64,000 nucleotides of DNA, taken from positions 608,001 through 672,000 of the forward strand of contig OZ271918.1 in assembly GCA_965602015.1 (NCBI GenBank), written 5' to 3'. This DNA is from Salinispira sp. (GTDB lineage: Bacteria; Spirochaetota; Spirochaetia; DSM-27196; Salinispiraceae). Under the pieces are notes generated by a model that was not told where the DNA came from, made no database searches, and was given only the letters and a program-made list of their open reading frames with translations. Of the stretch, positions 19,510 through 30,018 are shown piece after piece. Numbering within the stretch: the first letter of the stretch is position 1; the number at the start of each line of letters is the position of its first letter. A program made the translations under genes and the position numbers.

Positions 19510-19974
19510 TCAATTCCCAACCGCGAAAAAGAAGGTAGTAAAATTGCGGCCGAGCAGCCGAGATTTCTGCACGCGCTTTGCATGACTTGCGAGGGTGTGG
19601 TATTCCCGTCGTGATTCAAGCAGGTGAAAGAGCACTTCTTTATGGCCCAGTTGCCTCGCCCACTCCATGAGGGTTTTGAAGATCTGGATCCCCGAGCCCC
19701 AGAAACGTTTGGAGAGCACGATCGCAATTTCATAGCCATTTTCATCTGGCTGAATTCCACACCAACCCGCCAAGGTTCCGCCTATGGCGACAGCACGCAC
19801 CCGGCAGCCTTCAAGGCTGTCGGTCTGATTTTTCACATTAATCCAGTCTTTTATGCCCGCTTCATCGAAGTACGGATGGTCGATTAAATGGGTTCGCACC
19901 GAATCTTCATTCAGTAGTTCTATAAGCTCTTTAGTATTAATGTCGTTGAGATTCAAGTATTGAATTTGCTCCAT
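19510..19974 (-). CDS. GNAT family N-acetyltransferase
   Basis: GWCGIQ....EIAIVL...FWGSG. Confidence 0.8.
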   Translation of the reverse strand: MEQIQYLNLNDINTKELIELLNEDSVRTHLIDHPYFDEAGIKDWINVKNQTDSLEGCRVRAVAIGGTLAGWCGIQPDENGYEIAIVLSKRFWGSGIQIFKTLMEWARQLGHKEVLFHLLESRREYHTLASHAKRVQKSRLLGRNFTTFFFAVGN

Positions 19975-19989
19975 TATTGGGTTCTCCGG

Positions 19990-20703
19990 CTATTCATTGT
20001 AGCGTATGAGCATTGCTTCTGGGATCCGGCGATCCGGATGTAGTTGCTCAATAAGTCTGATTGACGGGTAATTCGTTGTCTCGGTCACATATACCACCAT
20101 TCGTCCTGCATGTATTTCCTGATGAACCACGCGTTTGAGCAGTTCGGAACCGAATCCCTGATTGCGAAAGCGCGGGAGCACGGCAATTGATAGTTCACTG
20201 AATTGCGAATTCCGCCGGGTTATGATGCTGATTCCCGCAATTGGGCCTCCGGACCCTTCCCGTACACATGCAAACCGGTTTCCACTAATATACTCGATGA
20301 CAGTATCCGGAGCGAAGCGCGGGTAGATTTCTGCAATTTCCGATGCTGAAGGAATGTCCGGTCGATCAGGAGTATGTGTCTTGAGTTGTCGGACTATAAA
20401 CCTATAAACATTCAAAACCCTCGGTGTTTCGTTTGTGAAAATATGTTCAATCTGTTGGGGAATGTCGATAGAAAAATCAAATTCCGGCCGAGTTTCCGGG
20501 CTACTTAACGGAATCGAGTAGCAGTTTTGGTCGCGGATAGTACCACGGATTATCGGGAACCTGGCTCCAAATATATTTGTGAACCTCCGATGTTCCGATT
20601 GAAATACGGTTTTATAATACGGCATCGTTTTGCCATACTCGTTGCCAAGGTACTCATCTATCGCCGCTTCGGAATCGAAATAATTCTCTTTAATTATGTT
20701 CAC
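19990..20703 (-). CDS. GNAT family acetyltransferase (C-terminal GNAT)
   Basis: IAVLPRFRNQGFGSELL, N.PSIRL. Confidence 0.75.
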   Translation of the reverse strand: MNIIKENYFDSEAAIDEYLGNEYGKTMPYYKTVFQSEHRRFTNIFGARFPIIRGTIRDQNCYSIPLSSPETRPEFDFSIDIPQQIEHIFTNETPRVLNVYRFIVRQLKTHTPDRPDIPSASEIAEIYPRFAPDTVIEYISGNRFACVREGSGGPIAGISIITRRNSQFSELSIAVLPRFRNQGFGSELLKRVVHQEIHAGRMVVYVTETTNYPSIRLIEQLHPDRRIPEAMLIRYNE

Positions 20704-20711
20704 CTGTTACA

Positions 20712-21107
20712 CTAGCTCTGCGAAGCAAGGCTCTGGAGCTCAATTCCGTAGGAACGCATGTTTATGAGCATGTTGTTTTTTGTGTCTTTAAACGTGTATA
20801 CATCGCAAAACGCCACCGGATTGCTTCCCGCCGCGGCAATCTCCCCGTTGCAGGCTGCTTCTCGGCCGTGTGTTATGATTGAATGCAAGCGAATCGATTC
20901 GCTCTTCGCCGCTGCCATCGATTCAAGAAATTGTCTAACTTCTCCCTTACCACTCAAAGTTCTGTCACCAATCATCTCCCATTCAAAATCTTCGCTTACA
21001 TGATCGATGATGAACTCGATGTCCGCATTCGCGAAGGCAAGGTTGAAATTCTTGATGAACTGCTTGCGAGGAGAGTTCTCGCAATCCTGGGGTATATCGA
21101 TCTTCAT
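20712..21107 (-). CDS. NTF2/SnoaL-like protein
   Basis: CENSPRK, FN.AFA, WEMIGD, IITHGREAACNG, FCDVY.F. Confidence 0.8.
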   Translation of the reverse strand: MKIDIPQDCENSPRKQFIKNFNLAFANADIEFIIDHVSEDFEWEMIGDRTLSGKGEVRQFLESMAAAKSESIRLHSIITHGREAACNGEIAAAGSNPVAFCDVYTFKDTKNNMLINMRSYGIELQSLASQS

Positions 21108-21249
21108 AGTGAACTCCCGTGATCCCCGCCGAAGCAGGGTTGTTTACTTGAAACGACTTACTCAGCCTGGCTCGAATACCAAAAAGCATTGCAGATGATA
21201 GCATATTCAATTTGGCATCCGCTCCGGTCTGCGAAGGCTAACTGTATTA

Positions 21250-21935
21250 TTGATGAGAATGGGAATAATTGCGAGTGGGGATTTCCAAAGCTGGGCGCAG
21301 AAATTTAAGGATAGCCTCATTGATATGGGGGGTAAGCTCGGGGATGGCACTGTGGTAACGGATAAAGCTATCGACGGACCCTTCGTTGAAATCAAGGAAC
21401 TCGCCGGTGGATATATGATCATAGCAGCGGATTCTCTGGAAGCAGGGGTAAATTCGGGTACCGTCGTGAGGAAGAAATCGAGGACCAGTCGGCGATGCTC
21501 AAAGCAATGCAGGTTTGGGGAGAAAATGACGTACCCGATAACCCGTCCGCCTGGGTATATCGGGTGGCGCGTAACATCCTGCTGGACAATTTGAGGAAGG
21601 AAATCCGAAGATCCGAGATTATCAGCCCGGGTTGACGGTACCGGCGGTCTTGTCCTGCTTGAGGAGCAGGATAGAGATCTTTGGAACAAACAGGAAATAC
21701 AGAAGGGGCTGGGCTATCTTGCCAATGCTGCAAGGGGAGAGAATTTCTCAAAGTATCACGCTAAAGCCGCCATTGCAGCTGAACGCTGCCTCGCCAAGTC
21801 GATAGATGAAACCAACTGGTAGGGGATATTCAAATATTATGAAATGCTCGAGACCGTGGCACCTTCGCCGGTCCACCGTCTGAACAAGGCACTCGCGCTC
21901 TCCCGCTGGAAGGATTCCAAAGCCGGGAACATCAT
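21250..21935 (+). pseudogene. Decayed YciI + ECF sigma factor (DUF6596-type) gene pair
   Basis: DGPFVEIKELAGGYMII (YciI), then WVYRVARNILLDNLR, LVLLEEQDRDLW, YHAKAAIAA..C, ETNW* (TAG), SPVHRLNKALA across frames with deletions; boundaries approximate. Confidence 0.75.
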
Positions 21936-21986
21936 ACAAGAAAACCCGGCGGGCAAGCCGCCGGGTCTGAGTTCTAAGCAGGACTG

Positions 21987-22487
21987 TCAGAATTCAGAGA
22001 TGGAAAATGTCCCGTTCACAATTTCATTGTCCCAGGTACCGACCCAAATATCGTAGCGACCGCCCGGGGGATTGCTGATGGTAAGAAACGGATCGAGACT
22101 GCTTTCACTGTCATCAATCACCCACCAGTCTCCGTCTGGATCGTTGATCAGGAGGAATGTGTCGCCTGCGCCGCCGGCAACAAATTCGAAACTCAGGGTA
22201 TCCTGATCTTCGGCATCATAATAAAACCGGATATCCGGCCCCGGTCCATAGACATAACCGGCTACATCGACCTCCGAATCCCTTCGAAAATAATCAGATA
22301 GATCCTCTTCGGCATCAAAGTACATGCTACCGCCGGCTTCCATTTTATGCTGATAAGGGTCTGGCGTAAAAAACTGCTCCAGGCTGACTTCATGCAAAGC
22401 ATCGCCGAACACATCGGGCAGCTCAGCCACCAGCGCGGCGCCACACATCGTCAACATCATCAACAACGCGATAATTTTCTTCATCAT
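21987..22487 (-). CDS. Secreted protein with PPC-like (pre-peptidase C-terminal) domain
   Basis: Signal peptide; DTFLLINDPDG.W...DD, P..GRYDIWVGT. Confidence 0.7.
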   Translation of the reverse strand: MMKKIIALLMMLTMCGAALVAELPDVFGDALHEVSLEQFFTPDPYQHKMEAGGSMYFDAEEDLSDYFRRDSEVDVAGYVYGPGPDIRFYYDAEDQDTLSFEFVAGGAGDTFLLINDPDGDWWVIDDSESSLDPFLTISNPPGGRYDIWVGTWDNEIVNGTFSISEF

Positions 22488-22806
22488 TCCTCCAACTCGA
22501 GGATGTAACTGCGTGAGCCAAAGGAGATTACCTCATCAACTCAGCCCACCCTCGGTTCCGTGTTTTCTGATAATAATCATAGGAAATCCGGCAGCAGTTC
22601 GCAAGAAAAACGGCGAAATTCATCGATTTCGCTGACTAAGGATTTATGATGAAAACTACCAAGCCACATGCTGCGAACAATACGTTTATGACTGCTTGCG
22701 CGACATGGAAAAAATAGTTGATATTATGTAATAAATTGTTGATAATATGTTAAGAATAGTGTACATTGTGAATAGAATATATTGCAAGGTCGCGTGGGGG
22801 GCTCAC

Positions 22807-23247
22807 TTGAATTACCCGGAGAGAAAAAGTCTGGTATCACTGTTCAGCACAGTTTTGATAACTGGAGTGTATATCCTGTATGTTTTACATACTTATGATT
22901 TATCAATGTTAAAAACCGACCTCAGTATTTGGGGAAGAATCACCGTGATGTTTGTGATTGTTTCAATTGCGGCCAAAATTGTAATCACAATCATTTTTTC
23001 CATTCTTTCAAAGCTCACACGCGGTGAAGAAGAACCTTCTTTTGCAGATGAAAGAGATAAACTGATTGAAATGAAATCTGACAGAGCGGCGCATTTTATC
23101 TTCAGTGGGGGATTTCTGGTTTCCATGATCCTTTTGTGGGCGGGCTTAGGCGCCCATCTGACATTCCTCGTAATTCTGTCGGCAGGTTTCCTGGGAGATC
23201 TGGTTAGCAGCATATTAAGCTTTCGTTATTATCATCGTGGTTTCTAA
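22807..23247 (+). CDS. Membrane protein (DUF2178-like)
   Basis: TTG start MNYPERK; DERDKLIE motif; 4 TMs; coupled to an XRE gene. Confidence 0.7.
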   Translation: MNYPERKSLVSLFSTVLITGVYILYVLHTYDLSMLKTDLSIWGRITVMFVIVSIAAKIVITIIFSILSKLTRGEEEPSFADERDKLIEMKSDRAAHFIFSGGFLVSMILLWAGLGAHLTFLVILSAGFLGDLVSSILSFRYYHRGF

Positions 23248-23248
23248 G

Positions 23249-23467
23249 ATGAAGAAGAATCACATCATTAATACTGTGCGAAAACACCGATTCCTGGCAA
23301 ATGAAATGACCCAGCAACAGCTGGCGGACCGGGTTGGTGTGACGAGACAAACGATCGCCGCGATTGAGAAAGATAAATATTCTCCCTCGCTGGAGTTGGC
23401 TTTCCGGATAGCCAAGACATTTAATGCGAATTTGGAAGATGTGTTTAGTTGGGACGAAGAGTACTGA
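23249..23467 (+). CDS. XRE-family HTH regulator
   Basis: MTQQQLADRVGVTRQTIAAIEKDKYSPSLELAFRIA. Confidence 0.92.
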   Translation: MKKNHIINTVRKHRFLANEMTQQQLADRVGVTRQTIAAIEKDKYSPSLELAFRIAKTFNANLEDVFSWDEEY

Positions 23468-23488
23468 TATTAATTCAGAGGAGCTATA

Positions 23489-24484
23489 ATGAAAGCGTTG
23501 AAATTTTATAACTACGGCGGGCCGGAAGTCTTACAGCTGGAGGAGATGGCTGAACCGGAGATTAATGCAAACGAGTTGCTTGTGCGTGTCAAAGCCTGTT
23601 CGATCAACTACGGGGACCTTATGGTCCGTAATCTGAAGAATATGACTGTCAAAGACTTTAATATGCCGGGATTGCTTTGGATTCCGGTAAAATTGATGTT
23701 TGGAGCCAGAAAACCGAAAGTGCATATGCTGGGAAATGAGTTCTCGGGGGTCGTGCAAAAAACAGGAAAGAACGTCACAAGATTCAAAGAGGGAGATGAA
23801 GTGTTTGGCTATACCGGACAAAGCCTGGGTGCTAATGCGCAACTGATAAGCGTAAAAGAGAATATCACGATTGCACAAAAACCAGTAAACCTTGATTTCA
23901 AACAGGCTGCCGTACTCCCTTACGGCCTAATCACGGCGTATAACCTTTTGAAAAAAGTGGATATTCAGCCCGGAAATAACGTCCTGATAATCGGGGCCAG
24001 CGGCGCTATCGGCAGCGGCCTGCTCCAGTTATGTAAAGCACGGGGGGCTACTGTCACGGGGATCTGCAGCACTGCCCGGTGTGATTTTGTTTCACAGCTG
24101 GGGGCGGACAAGGTCATTGACTATAAAAAAGAAGACTATCTGCAGTCCGAGGAGACGTATGACCTGGTCCTGGATGTGTTGGGGAAAGGTTCATACGGGA
24201 AAATCAGGAAGATTATGAAAGATCGCTCTGTATACCTATTGGCTAGTTTCAAACTGAAGCAGCTGCTTCAGTCCGTTACAGCAGGCTTGTTTGGCGACAA
24301 AAAGGTGAAATGCGTGATGACCGATGATTCATACAAAGACCTCGAAGAGCTAAAAGAAATTATCGAGAACTACGACCTGAAGGGAATTGTGGAAAAGGAT
24401 TTTCCCCTGGAAAATGCTGTCCAGGCCCATAAATATATAGAATCCGGTAAAAGAGGCGGAAATGTAGTTATCAGATTTGACTGA
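23489..24484 (+). CDS. NAD(P)-dependent MDR alcohol dehydrogenase/quinone reductase-like
   Basis: YGGPEVLQL, VLIIGASGAIG, GADKVIDY. Confidence 0.88.
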   Translation: MKALKFYNYGGPEVLQLEEMAEPEINANELLVRVKACSINYGDLMVRNLKNMTVKDFNMPGLLWIPVKLMFGARKPKVHMLGNEFSGVVQKTGKNVTRFKEGDEVFGYTGQSLGANAQLISVKENITIAQKPVNLDFKQAAVLPYGLITAYNLLKKVDIQPGNNVLIIGASGAIGSGLLQLCKARGATVTGICSTARCDFVSQLGADKVIDYKKEDYLQSEETYDLVLDVLGKGSYGKIRKIMKDRSVYLLASFKLKQLLQSVTAGLFGDKKVKCVMTDDSYKDLEELKEIIENYDLKGIVEKDFPLENAVQAHKYIESGKRGGNVVIRFD

Positions 24485-24540
24485 GGGATGCGATTCATCC
24501 GAGTCTTGCATGATGGGGCCTTCATGCTAGAAGAAATCCT

Positions 24541-25012
24541 CCATTCACTGTGGCCACAAGAATTAATGCAACGGATCAGTTAAAAGGCGGTCATGATGGA
24601 ACATGATGCATTGGAAGTGGTACGCTTGCTAGACGACACTTCTATCGACCTGATCGTTATCAGTGGCGGCACCTATTTTCCGGGTGCCGAAGTTATTAAA
24701 ACCAAAACCACCGGTCCCTACTTCGCCGAATTTGCAAAAGCTGCAAAACAGCGCACATTAAAACCGCTTATGCTCACCGGCGGCATTAAACACCGGGACC
24801 AGGCCGTCAAAATTCTCGAGGCCGGCATCGCAGATGCCATAGGGCTCGCTCGTGCATTAGTCATAGACCCCGACCTGCCCAATAAATGGTTTGGGGAGCA
24901 GACATTTACTATGGATGCACAGACTGCTTTGCGGCTGTACAACGAGAGAGATAGTGACCGTTGCAAGCGATGGTTGGCTCGATTCGGCAGTAAAAAACAC
25001 AAGCGATTTTGA
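24541..25012 (+). pseudogene. Truncated, frameshifted NADH:flavin oxidoreductase (OYE family)
   Basis: RINATDQLKGG then a frameshift at ~24592 into DALEVVRLL..IDLI.ISGGTY, PLMLTGG, GLARAL..DPDLP; N-terminal part missing. Confidence 0.75.
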
Positions 25013-25068
25013 AGTATTGAAACATACTAAAGATAGGGAACAAACGCATCGCCCTGCTCAGGGAATAT

Positions 25069-25096
25069 AAAAAAATCCCCGCAGGATCGCGGGGAT
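25069..25096 (-). terminator. Rho-independent terminator of fadD-like gene
   Basis: TCCCCGC...GCGGGGA stem with an A-run on + (U-run on -). Confidence 0.7.
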
Positions 25097-25125
25097 GTGA
25101 GGTGCAGGGACTTTGCCCGGACGTG

Positions 25126-27042
25126 TCACGCGAAGATTTTGTCGATTTCCTTTTTATACATCTCGCTGATTACGTGGCGCTTTATCTCCTGTTTGCCGGA
25201 AAGCTCCCGGCCGATTTCGAAGGGACCGGGGACGACGGCGAAGCGGGCGATGCGTTCCCAGTTTTTGAAGCCGTTCTTGGTGCTGACCGCTTCGGCGATT
25301 TCGCTCTTTATCAGGTCATGAACCTCCGGGCCGTCGATGAATTTTCGGTAGTCCTCGACGCTGAGCCCCTGTTCCCTCGCCCAGAGTTTGATATTTTCCT
25401 CGTCGGGAACGATGAGGGCGCCGAGGAATTTTTGATCCTGGCCGAGGGCGACGACCTGGCCGATGTACATGCTCTCGCGCATTTTATCTTCCATTGGAAG
25501 GGGTTCGACGTTTTCCCCGCCGAGGAGGACGATGGTGTCCTTCGCCCGGCCGAGAATCCGGATTTCACCGCGGCGGCCCAGCATGGTGAGGTCACCGGTA
25601 TTCAGCCATCCATCCTTGTCGATCACCTTGGCGGTAAACTCTTCACGCTTGTAGTAACCCCGCATGATATTCTGCCCGCGGACGAACAGAATGCCTTTTT
25701 CACCGGACTTCAGCAGATTGTTTTCCTCATCACGAACCTGCACTTCGCAGCAGTCGAGCTTGGATCCGATAGATCCGGTGATCGGTTGCCATTGTGTTCG
25801 TACTGATACCACCGGGGCGGTCTCGGTCAATCCATAGCCTTCGAGCAGCAGAATGCCCACCGCAGAGAAAAACTTATCAACTCCGCTGGGCAACGCGCCG
25901 CCGCCGGAGATTCCCGCTACAAACCGGGTTCCCAGCTTGGCCTTTATTTTTTTGAAGACCAGAAGGTTACCCAAGAGGTAGCCCGGAAGAAAAAAGAGCA
26001 TGGGAAGGATTCCCAGGATGATGTCGAGAATGCGTATCCGGGGCTTGTAGGTGGGCAAAAGCCCCATCACCATGTTGAAAAAATGGCGGTACAGTTTGCC
26101 GATTCCCAGGAAAAAGAAAAACAGGCCCTTCTTGACCTTGCTGCCGGCGTTAACGCTTTTAATGACCCCAAGCCGCACTGCCTCCCAAATCCGCGGCACC
26201 GAAGCCATCCAGGTGGGATTGATCTTCTGAAAGTCATCCAGCATGATTTTCCCCACCGGTTTTGAATACGCCAGGGCGCAGCCGTAGCAGACGGCGATAT
26301 ACTGCATAACCCGTTCGAATGAGTGCCAGACCGGGAGCACCGCAAGCCAAATGTCGCCGACTCCGATCCTGATTTTGGTATCGATGAGGTCGACCTGCGC
26401 CATGTAATTGTCATGAGTGAGCTGAACCCCCTTTGGCTCCCCGGTGGTACCGGAAGTAAAAATGATGGTGGCCAGATCCTCACGGCTGCCCTTTGCAATT
26501 TCATCCCGGACGAACGATTCCTTGCCCTTAATGAAATTTTCTCCAGCGGAGCAGACATCGGCATAGGTCATCAGCGTGATGCCCGCGGGGACCTTGACCG
26601 AGGAAGGATCGAAATCCCCATCGAGAACGATGATCGTCTTGAGGCTTTTTATGTCTTTTTTTACGCTGAGAATCTTTTCTACCTGTGAGGCGTTCTCCGC
26701 AAAGCTGATTTCCACCTCGGTGAAACCAAGAATGAAGCCGACCTCATCCGGCATGGAGTCGTTGCCCCTGGGGACGTCGGCTGCGCCGAGGCTCATCACC
26801 GCCAGATCGGCCACCAGCCATTCTTTCCGGTTTTCTGATATCAGGCCGATTAAGTCGCCTCGCTGTACACCCAAGGATGCCAGCCCCGCCGCCATTTTTT
26901 CAACTTCGTTGTAGAGTTGCGCGTAGGTAATCGGTTGGAATTGCCCGTTTGCATCTTTGCTGTACTGCACGGGCTGGGAAGGAAGCTTGTCGACATACTC
27001 GACAAAGGTTTGCGTGAGATTCTTGGACATAAACACCGCCAT
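25126..27042 (-). CDS. Long-chain fatty acid-CoA ligase
   Basis: IFTSGTTGEPKG, EGYGLTET, GWLNTGD, GRAKDTIVL.GGENVEP. Confidence 0.92.
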   Translation of the reverse strand: MAVFMSKNLTQTFVEYVDKLPSQPVQYSKDANGQFQPITYAQLYNEVEKMAAGLASLGVQRGDLIGLISENRKEWLVADLAVMSLGAADVPRGNDSMPDEVGFILGFTEVEISFAENASQVEKILSVKKDIKSLKTIIVLDGDFDPSSVKVPAGITLMTYADVCSAGENFIKGKESFVRDEIAKGSREDLATIIFTSGTTGEPKGVQLTHDNYMAQVDLIDTKIRIGVGDIWLAVLPVWHSFERVMQYIAVCYGCALAYSKPVGKIMLDDFQKINPTWMASVPRIWEAVRLGVIKSVNAGSKVKKGLFFFFLGIGKLYRHFFNMVMGLLPTYKPRIRILDIILGILPMLFFLPGYLLGNLLVFKKIKAKLGTRFVAGISGGGALPSGVDKFFSAVGILLLEGYGLTETAPVVSVRTQWQPITGSIGSKLDCCEVQVRDEENNLLKSGEKGILFVRGQNIMRGYYKREEFTAKVIDKDGWLNTGDLTMLGRRGEIRILGRAKDTIVLLGGENVEPLPMEDKMRESMYIGQVVALGQDQKFLGALIVPDEENIKLWAREQGLSVEDYRKFIDGPEVHDLIKSEIAEAVSTKNGFKNWERIARFAVVPGPFEIGRELSGKQEIKRHVISEMYKKEIDKIFA

Positions 27043-27149
27043 TTTTCTATGTATATATTAGTAAATCATAGTATCACGGCGATGGATTCAAGGCCACAGA
27101 ATTCTTGAAGGGCATTCAGGAAAGAATGCTGGTTATGGGTCCGGGGATA

Positions 27150-28229
27150 TTATCCGTGGGAAAGAAGCAGCTTGCCCCGAACTGCGCCTGACTTGAGCAT
27201 ATTCCATGCGTCATTTGCCTTCTCCAACGGAATCTCCGAGTGGATCAGCGGTGAAATTTTTCCCTCGGAAGCGAGGTGCAACAGGCTCGCCAGATCTTCC
27301 CGGTACCAGTTGTTCTTTTTTTCCGGATCTATAAGATAGAGGCTTCCCCGGCATCGGGCGGTGGGAAGGAAAAACCCCAGGCTTTTGGCCACGAAGGGCA
27401 GCATCTTGAAAAAGTCCCCCCGATGGTAATGCTCGAGGAAACCGAAAACCGCAACACAGCCCCTGCGGTGAAGCAGCCTGCGGCTTGAACGGGCGCTGAG
27501 AAAACCCCTGCTTTCGAACACCGCATCGAGACCCTGGGCTTCGTCCCGTTGTATGAGTGCGTATGGATTTTCCTGATTACGGTCCAGGGGGATTCCCCCG
27601 AGCTCCCGTACAAGGTCCATCTTGCCGGCGCTGCAGCTCCCGTAGGCCTTGATGGAGAACAGCCGGGCCAGCTCGAGAAGCGCGCTGCCCACCCCGCCGG
27701 CTGCGGACTGAACGAGAATTACCGGTGGCCTTCCCCCGACGGGGAGAAGACGGGGCAATCGTGCAATGCGGAACAACAGCTGCCAGGCGGTGAGATAGTT
27801 GAGGTTTATGGCGCAGGCGGAGGAGAAATCAAGACCGTCCGGAAGCCTGGCAATCAGCTCGGTGGATATCTCAATACAGTCAGCGTATCCGCCGGTTGTG
27901 CAAAACGCGGTGACCCGGTCTCCCCGGGCCCATCCCTCATCTGCTGCCCGGCTGCCGACAGCGATAATGGTACCCGATACGTCGTAGCCCGGAACCCAGG
28001 GGTAGGAGCCGATGGGGATAGCGGTGTCGGTGGACCGGATGATGTCGCCGAAGGCTACTCCGCTGCGTTCGACCTCAATCAGTACATTGGCTTCCGAGGG
28101 CTCCGGTCGAATCAGGTTAATGAGCTCGAGACGGTCCGAATTATCCGGTCCGCAAAAGGCCATGGCTCGGCAGGTTTTTGGCAGTATTGGTGCATCGGTA
28201 TTGTTGTTCATCTCAGTAGACTCCATCAT
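27150..28229 (-). CDS. MDR family zinc-independent oxidoreductase
   Basis: VPGYDVSG, NYLTAWQ, SAAGGVGSALL, GKLLL. Confidence 0.85.
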   Translation of the reverse strand: MMESTEMNNNTDAPILPKTCRAMAFCGPDNSDRLELINLIRPEPSEANVLIEVERSGVAFGDIIRSTDTAIPIGSYPWVPGYDVSGTIIAVGSRAADEGWARGDRVTAFCTTGGYADCIEISTELIARLPDGLDFSSACAINLNYLTAWQLLFRIARLPRLLPVGGRPPVILVQSAAGGVGSALLELARLFSIKAYGSCSAGKMDLVRELGGIPLDRNQENPYALIQRDEAQGLDAVFESRGFLSARSSRRLLHRRGCVAVFGFLEHYHRGDFFKMLPFVAKSLGFFLPTARCRGSLYLIDPEKKNNWYREDLASLLHLASEGKISPLIHSEIPLEKANDAWNMLKSGAVRGKLLLSHG

Positions 28230-28270
28230 GCTTTATCAGTATAGTGCCAGAAATTACAGGAAGGAAAGCA

Positions 28271-28564
28271 GTGAACAGTAATCAACGCAATTATCTGCGC
28301 AAGGAAGCCCATGCATTAAAGCCGGTCGTCATGATTGGGCAAAACGGCCTGAGCGAATCAGTAGTAAAAGCCAGTGAGCAGGCGCTGGCATCCCATGAGC
28401 TTATCAAAATTAAATTTCAGGACTACAAGGATGAAAAGCGGTCTTTGGCAGAAGACCTGGCGGCCAAAACCGGCTCGGATGTGGTCAGCCTGATAGGCAA
28501 TATCCTCACCTTGTACCGCCAATCCGCGGACCTGGAAAAGCGCCGGTTTCGCCTCCCTTCATAG
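28271..28564 (+). CDS. yhbY: CRM-domain RNA-binding ribosome assembly protein
   Basis: QRNYLRKEAHALKPVVMIGQNGL, HELIKIK, IGNILTLYR. Confidence 0.9.
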   Translation: MNSNQRNYLRKEAHALKPVVMIGQNGLSESVVKASEQALASHELIKIKFQDYKDEKRSLAEDLAAKTGSDVVSLIGNILTLYRQSADLEKRRFRLPS

Positions 28565-28639
28565 CCGTACTTTTGTGGCCGTCCTTTCACGGCCCTATTT
28601 TCGTGAGCAGTACGCCGGGGCGGAAAAGGCCTGGTTCTA

Positions 28640-29941
28640 TCAGCGCCGCATGGCGCGCACTTCCTCGGCGATCCGTTTTAGCCCTTCTTCCACAACCTCA
28701 TCGCTCTGGCCAAAATTGATGCGGATGCACTGGTTCCCGTGGTCCCAGGGTTCTTCAAGACCGTATACGAAGTAGCGTCCGGGCACGATGATGACCTGCC
28801 GGGCTTTTAAGCGGTCGTAGAGTTCTCCGGTATCTACCGATCCGTCGTCAAACCAAAGCCAGAGAAACAGGGCCCCGCCGCTTTGATGGATCCGGTAGGG
28901 GATCCCCGTGAAATAGCGGTGGATGAGGTCCTGGGCTCTCTTCGATTTATCGCGGTAGAAGGGCATAACCACATTTCGGCTGAGACTCAGGATTTCACCG
29001 CTGTCAATTAGCGGGCGGGTGATCATTTGGCCCATGGTATTATTGGCCAGGGACATGATGGCGTTTACCGCGGTGATGGCCTGAACTATCTCCTCACGGG
29101 CGATTATGATACCGGTACGGGTGGAGGGGAGTCCGATTTTCGACAGGCTCATGCCTAAAATGATATTTTCATTCCAGATAGGCGCAGCATCGACGAAGAG
29201 AATGTTGGGAAACGGGGTGCCGTATGCGTTGTCGATCAGAAGAGGAATTGAGTTTTCTTTCGCCAGGGCATCAAGCCTGAGGATTTCATCATCGCTCAGC
29301 ACGTTCCCCGTGGGATTGGTCGGTCTTGAAACGCATATGGCAGAAATATCAGCTCCGATATTTATCGCGTCGAAATCAACATGGTATTTAAAGTAGTGTT
29401 CGCCGATCAGTTCGATTTTTGGTTTGACTGAGGTGAAGTGCCGGTGCCCGATTCCCTGGTCCGCATAGCCGATGTACTCGGGCATGAGCGGCAGCAGGAT
29501 GCGCTGGATATCCCGGCCGGCGGCCTCCCCGTGGCGACGGGTTCCCGCCCCTTCTCCGCGGCCCGAATCCAGTTCACCGGAGAGCAGGTTGAAAAGCATA
29601 AAAAATCCGCTTTGGCTGCCGTTTGTCACCGCGATATTTTCCGGCCCAAGGTCCCAGCCGAATTCCCTTCGCAGCATCGAGGACAAGGACTCAAGGAAGG
29701 CGTTTTTTCCCTGCGGGGTGTCGTAATTTGCGAGCCCCCGTTCCAGTTCATCGCCATTGGCCATGATTTCTTCCATACGCCGGCGCCATACCGCATTGAT
29801 CTCGGGTATTACCGCCGGATTTCCGCCGCCGAGCATATATTTTTCGCCGGGATCCTGCATGGCCTTACCCAGGTCATCCATTAATTCCAGTATTCCGCTG
29901 CGGGACGTCAGCTTTTTTCCAAAATCAGACCAGTTAATCAT
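28640..29941 (-). CDS. avtA: Valine-pyruvate transaminase
   Basis: SGILELMDDLG, MLGGGNPA, SRPTNPTGN, IDNAYG, SLSKIGLP. Confidence 0.9.
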   Translation of the reverse strand: MINWSDFGKKLTSRSGILELMDDLGKAMQDPGEKYMLGGGNPAVIPEINAVWRRRMEEIMANGDELERGLANYDTPQGKNAFLESLSSMLRREFGWDLGPENIAVTNGSQSGFFMLFNLLSGELDSGRGEGAGTRRHGEAAGRDIQRILLPLMPEYIGYADQGIGHRHFTSVKPKIELIGEHYFKYHVDFDAINIGADISAICVSRPTNPTGNVLSDDEILRLDALAKENSIPLLIDNAYGTPFPNILFVDAAPIWNENIILGMSLSKIGLPSTRTGIIIAREEIVQAITAVNAIMSLANNTMGQMITRPLIDSGEILSLSRNVVMPFYRDKSKRAQDLIHRYFTGIPYRIHQSGGALFLWLWFDDGSVDTGELYDRLKARQVIIVPGRYFVYGLEEPWDHGNQCIRINFGQSDEVVEEGLKRIAEEVRAMRR

Positions 29942-30018
29942 GGTCCCACTCTACATGTATCGAAGGGGACCGTGCAATGCTTCTTGCCCGACGGGCGATA
30001 ATTGGCGATTATAGTGCC

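Noticed and set aside
19400..22500. Integron cassette array (short GNAT/SnoaL genes in tandem)
   Set aside because: No integrase and no recurring attC-like sites recognised by eye.
25102..25806. 234-aa + strand ORF
   Set aside because: Antisense shadow of the acyl-CoA ligase.
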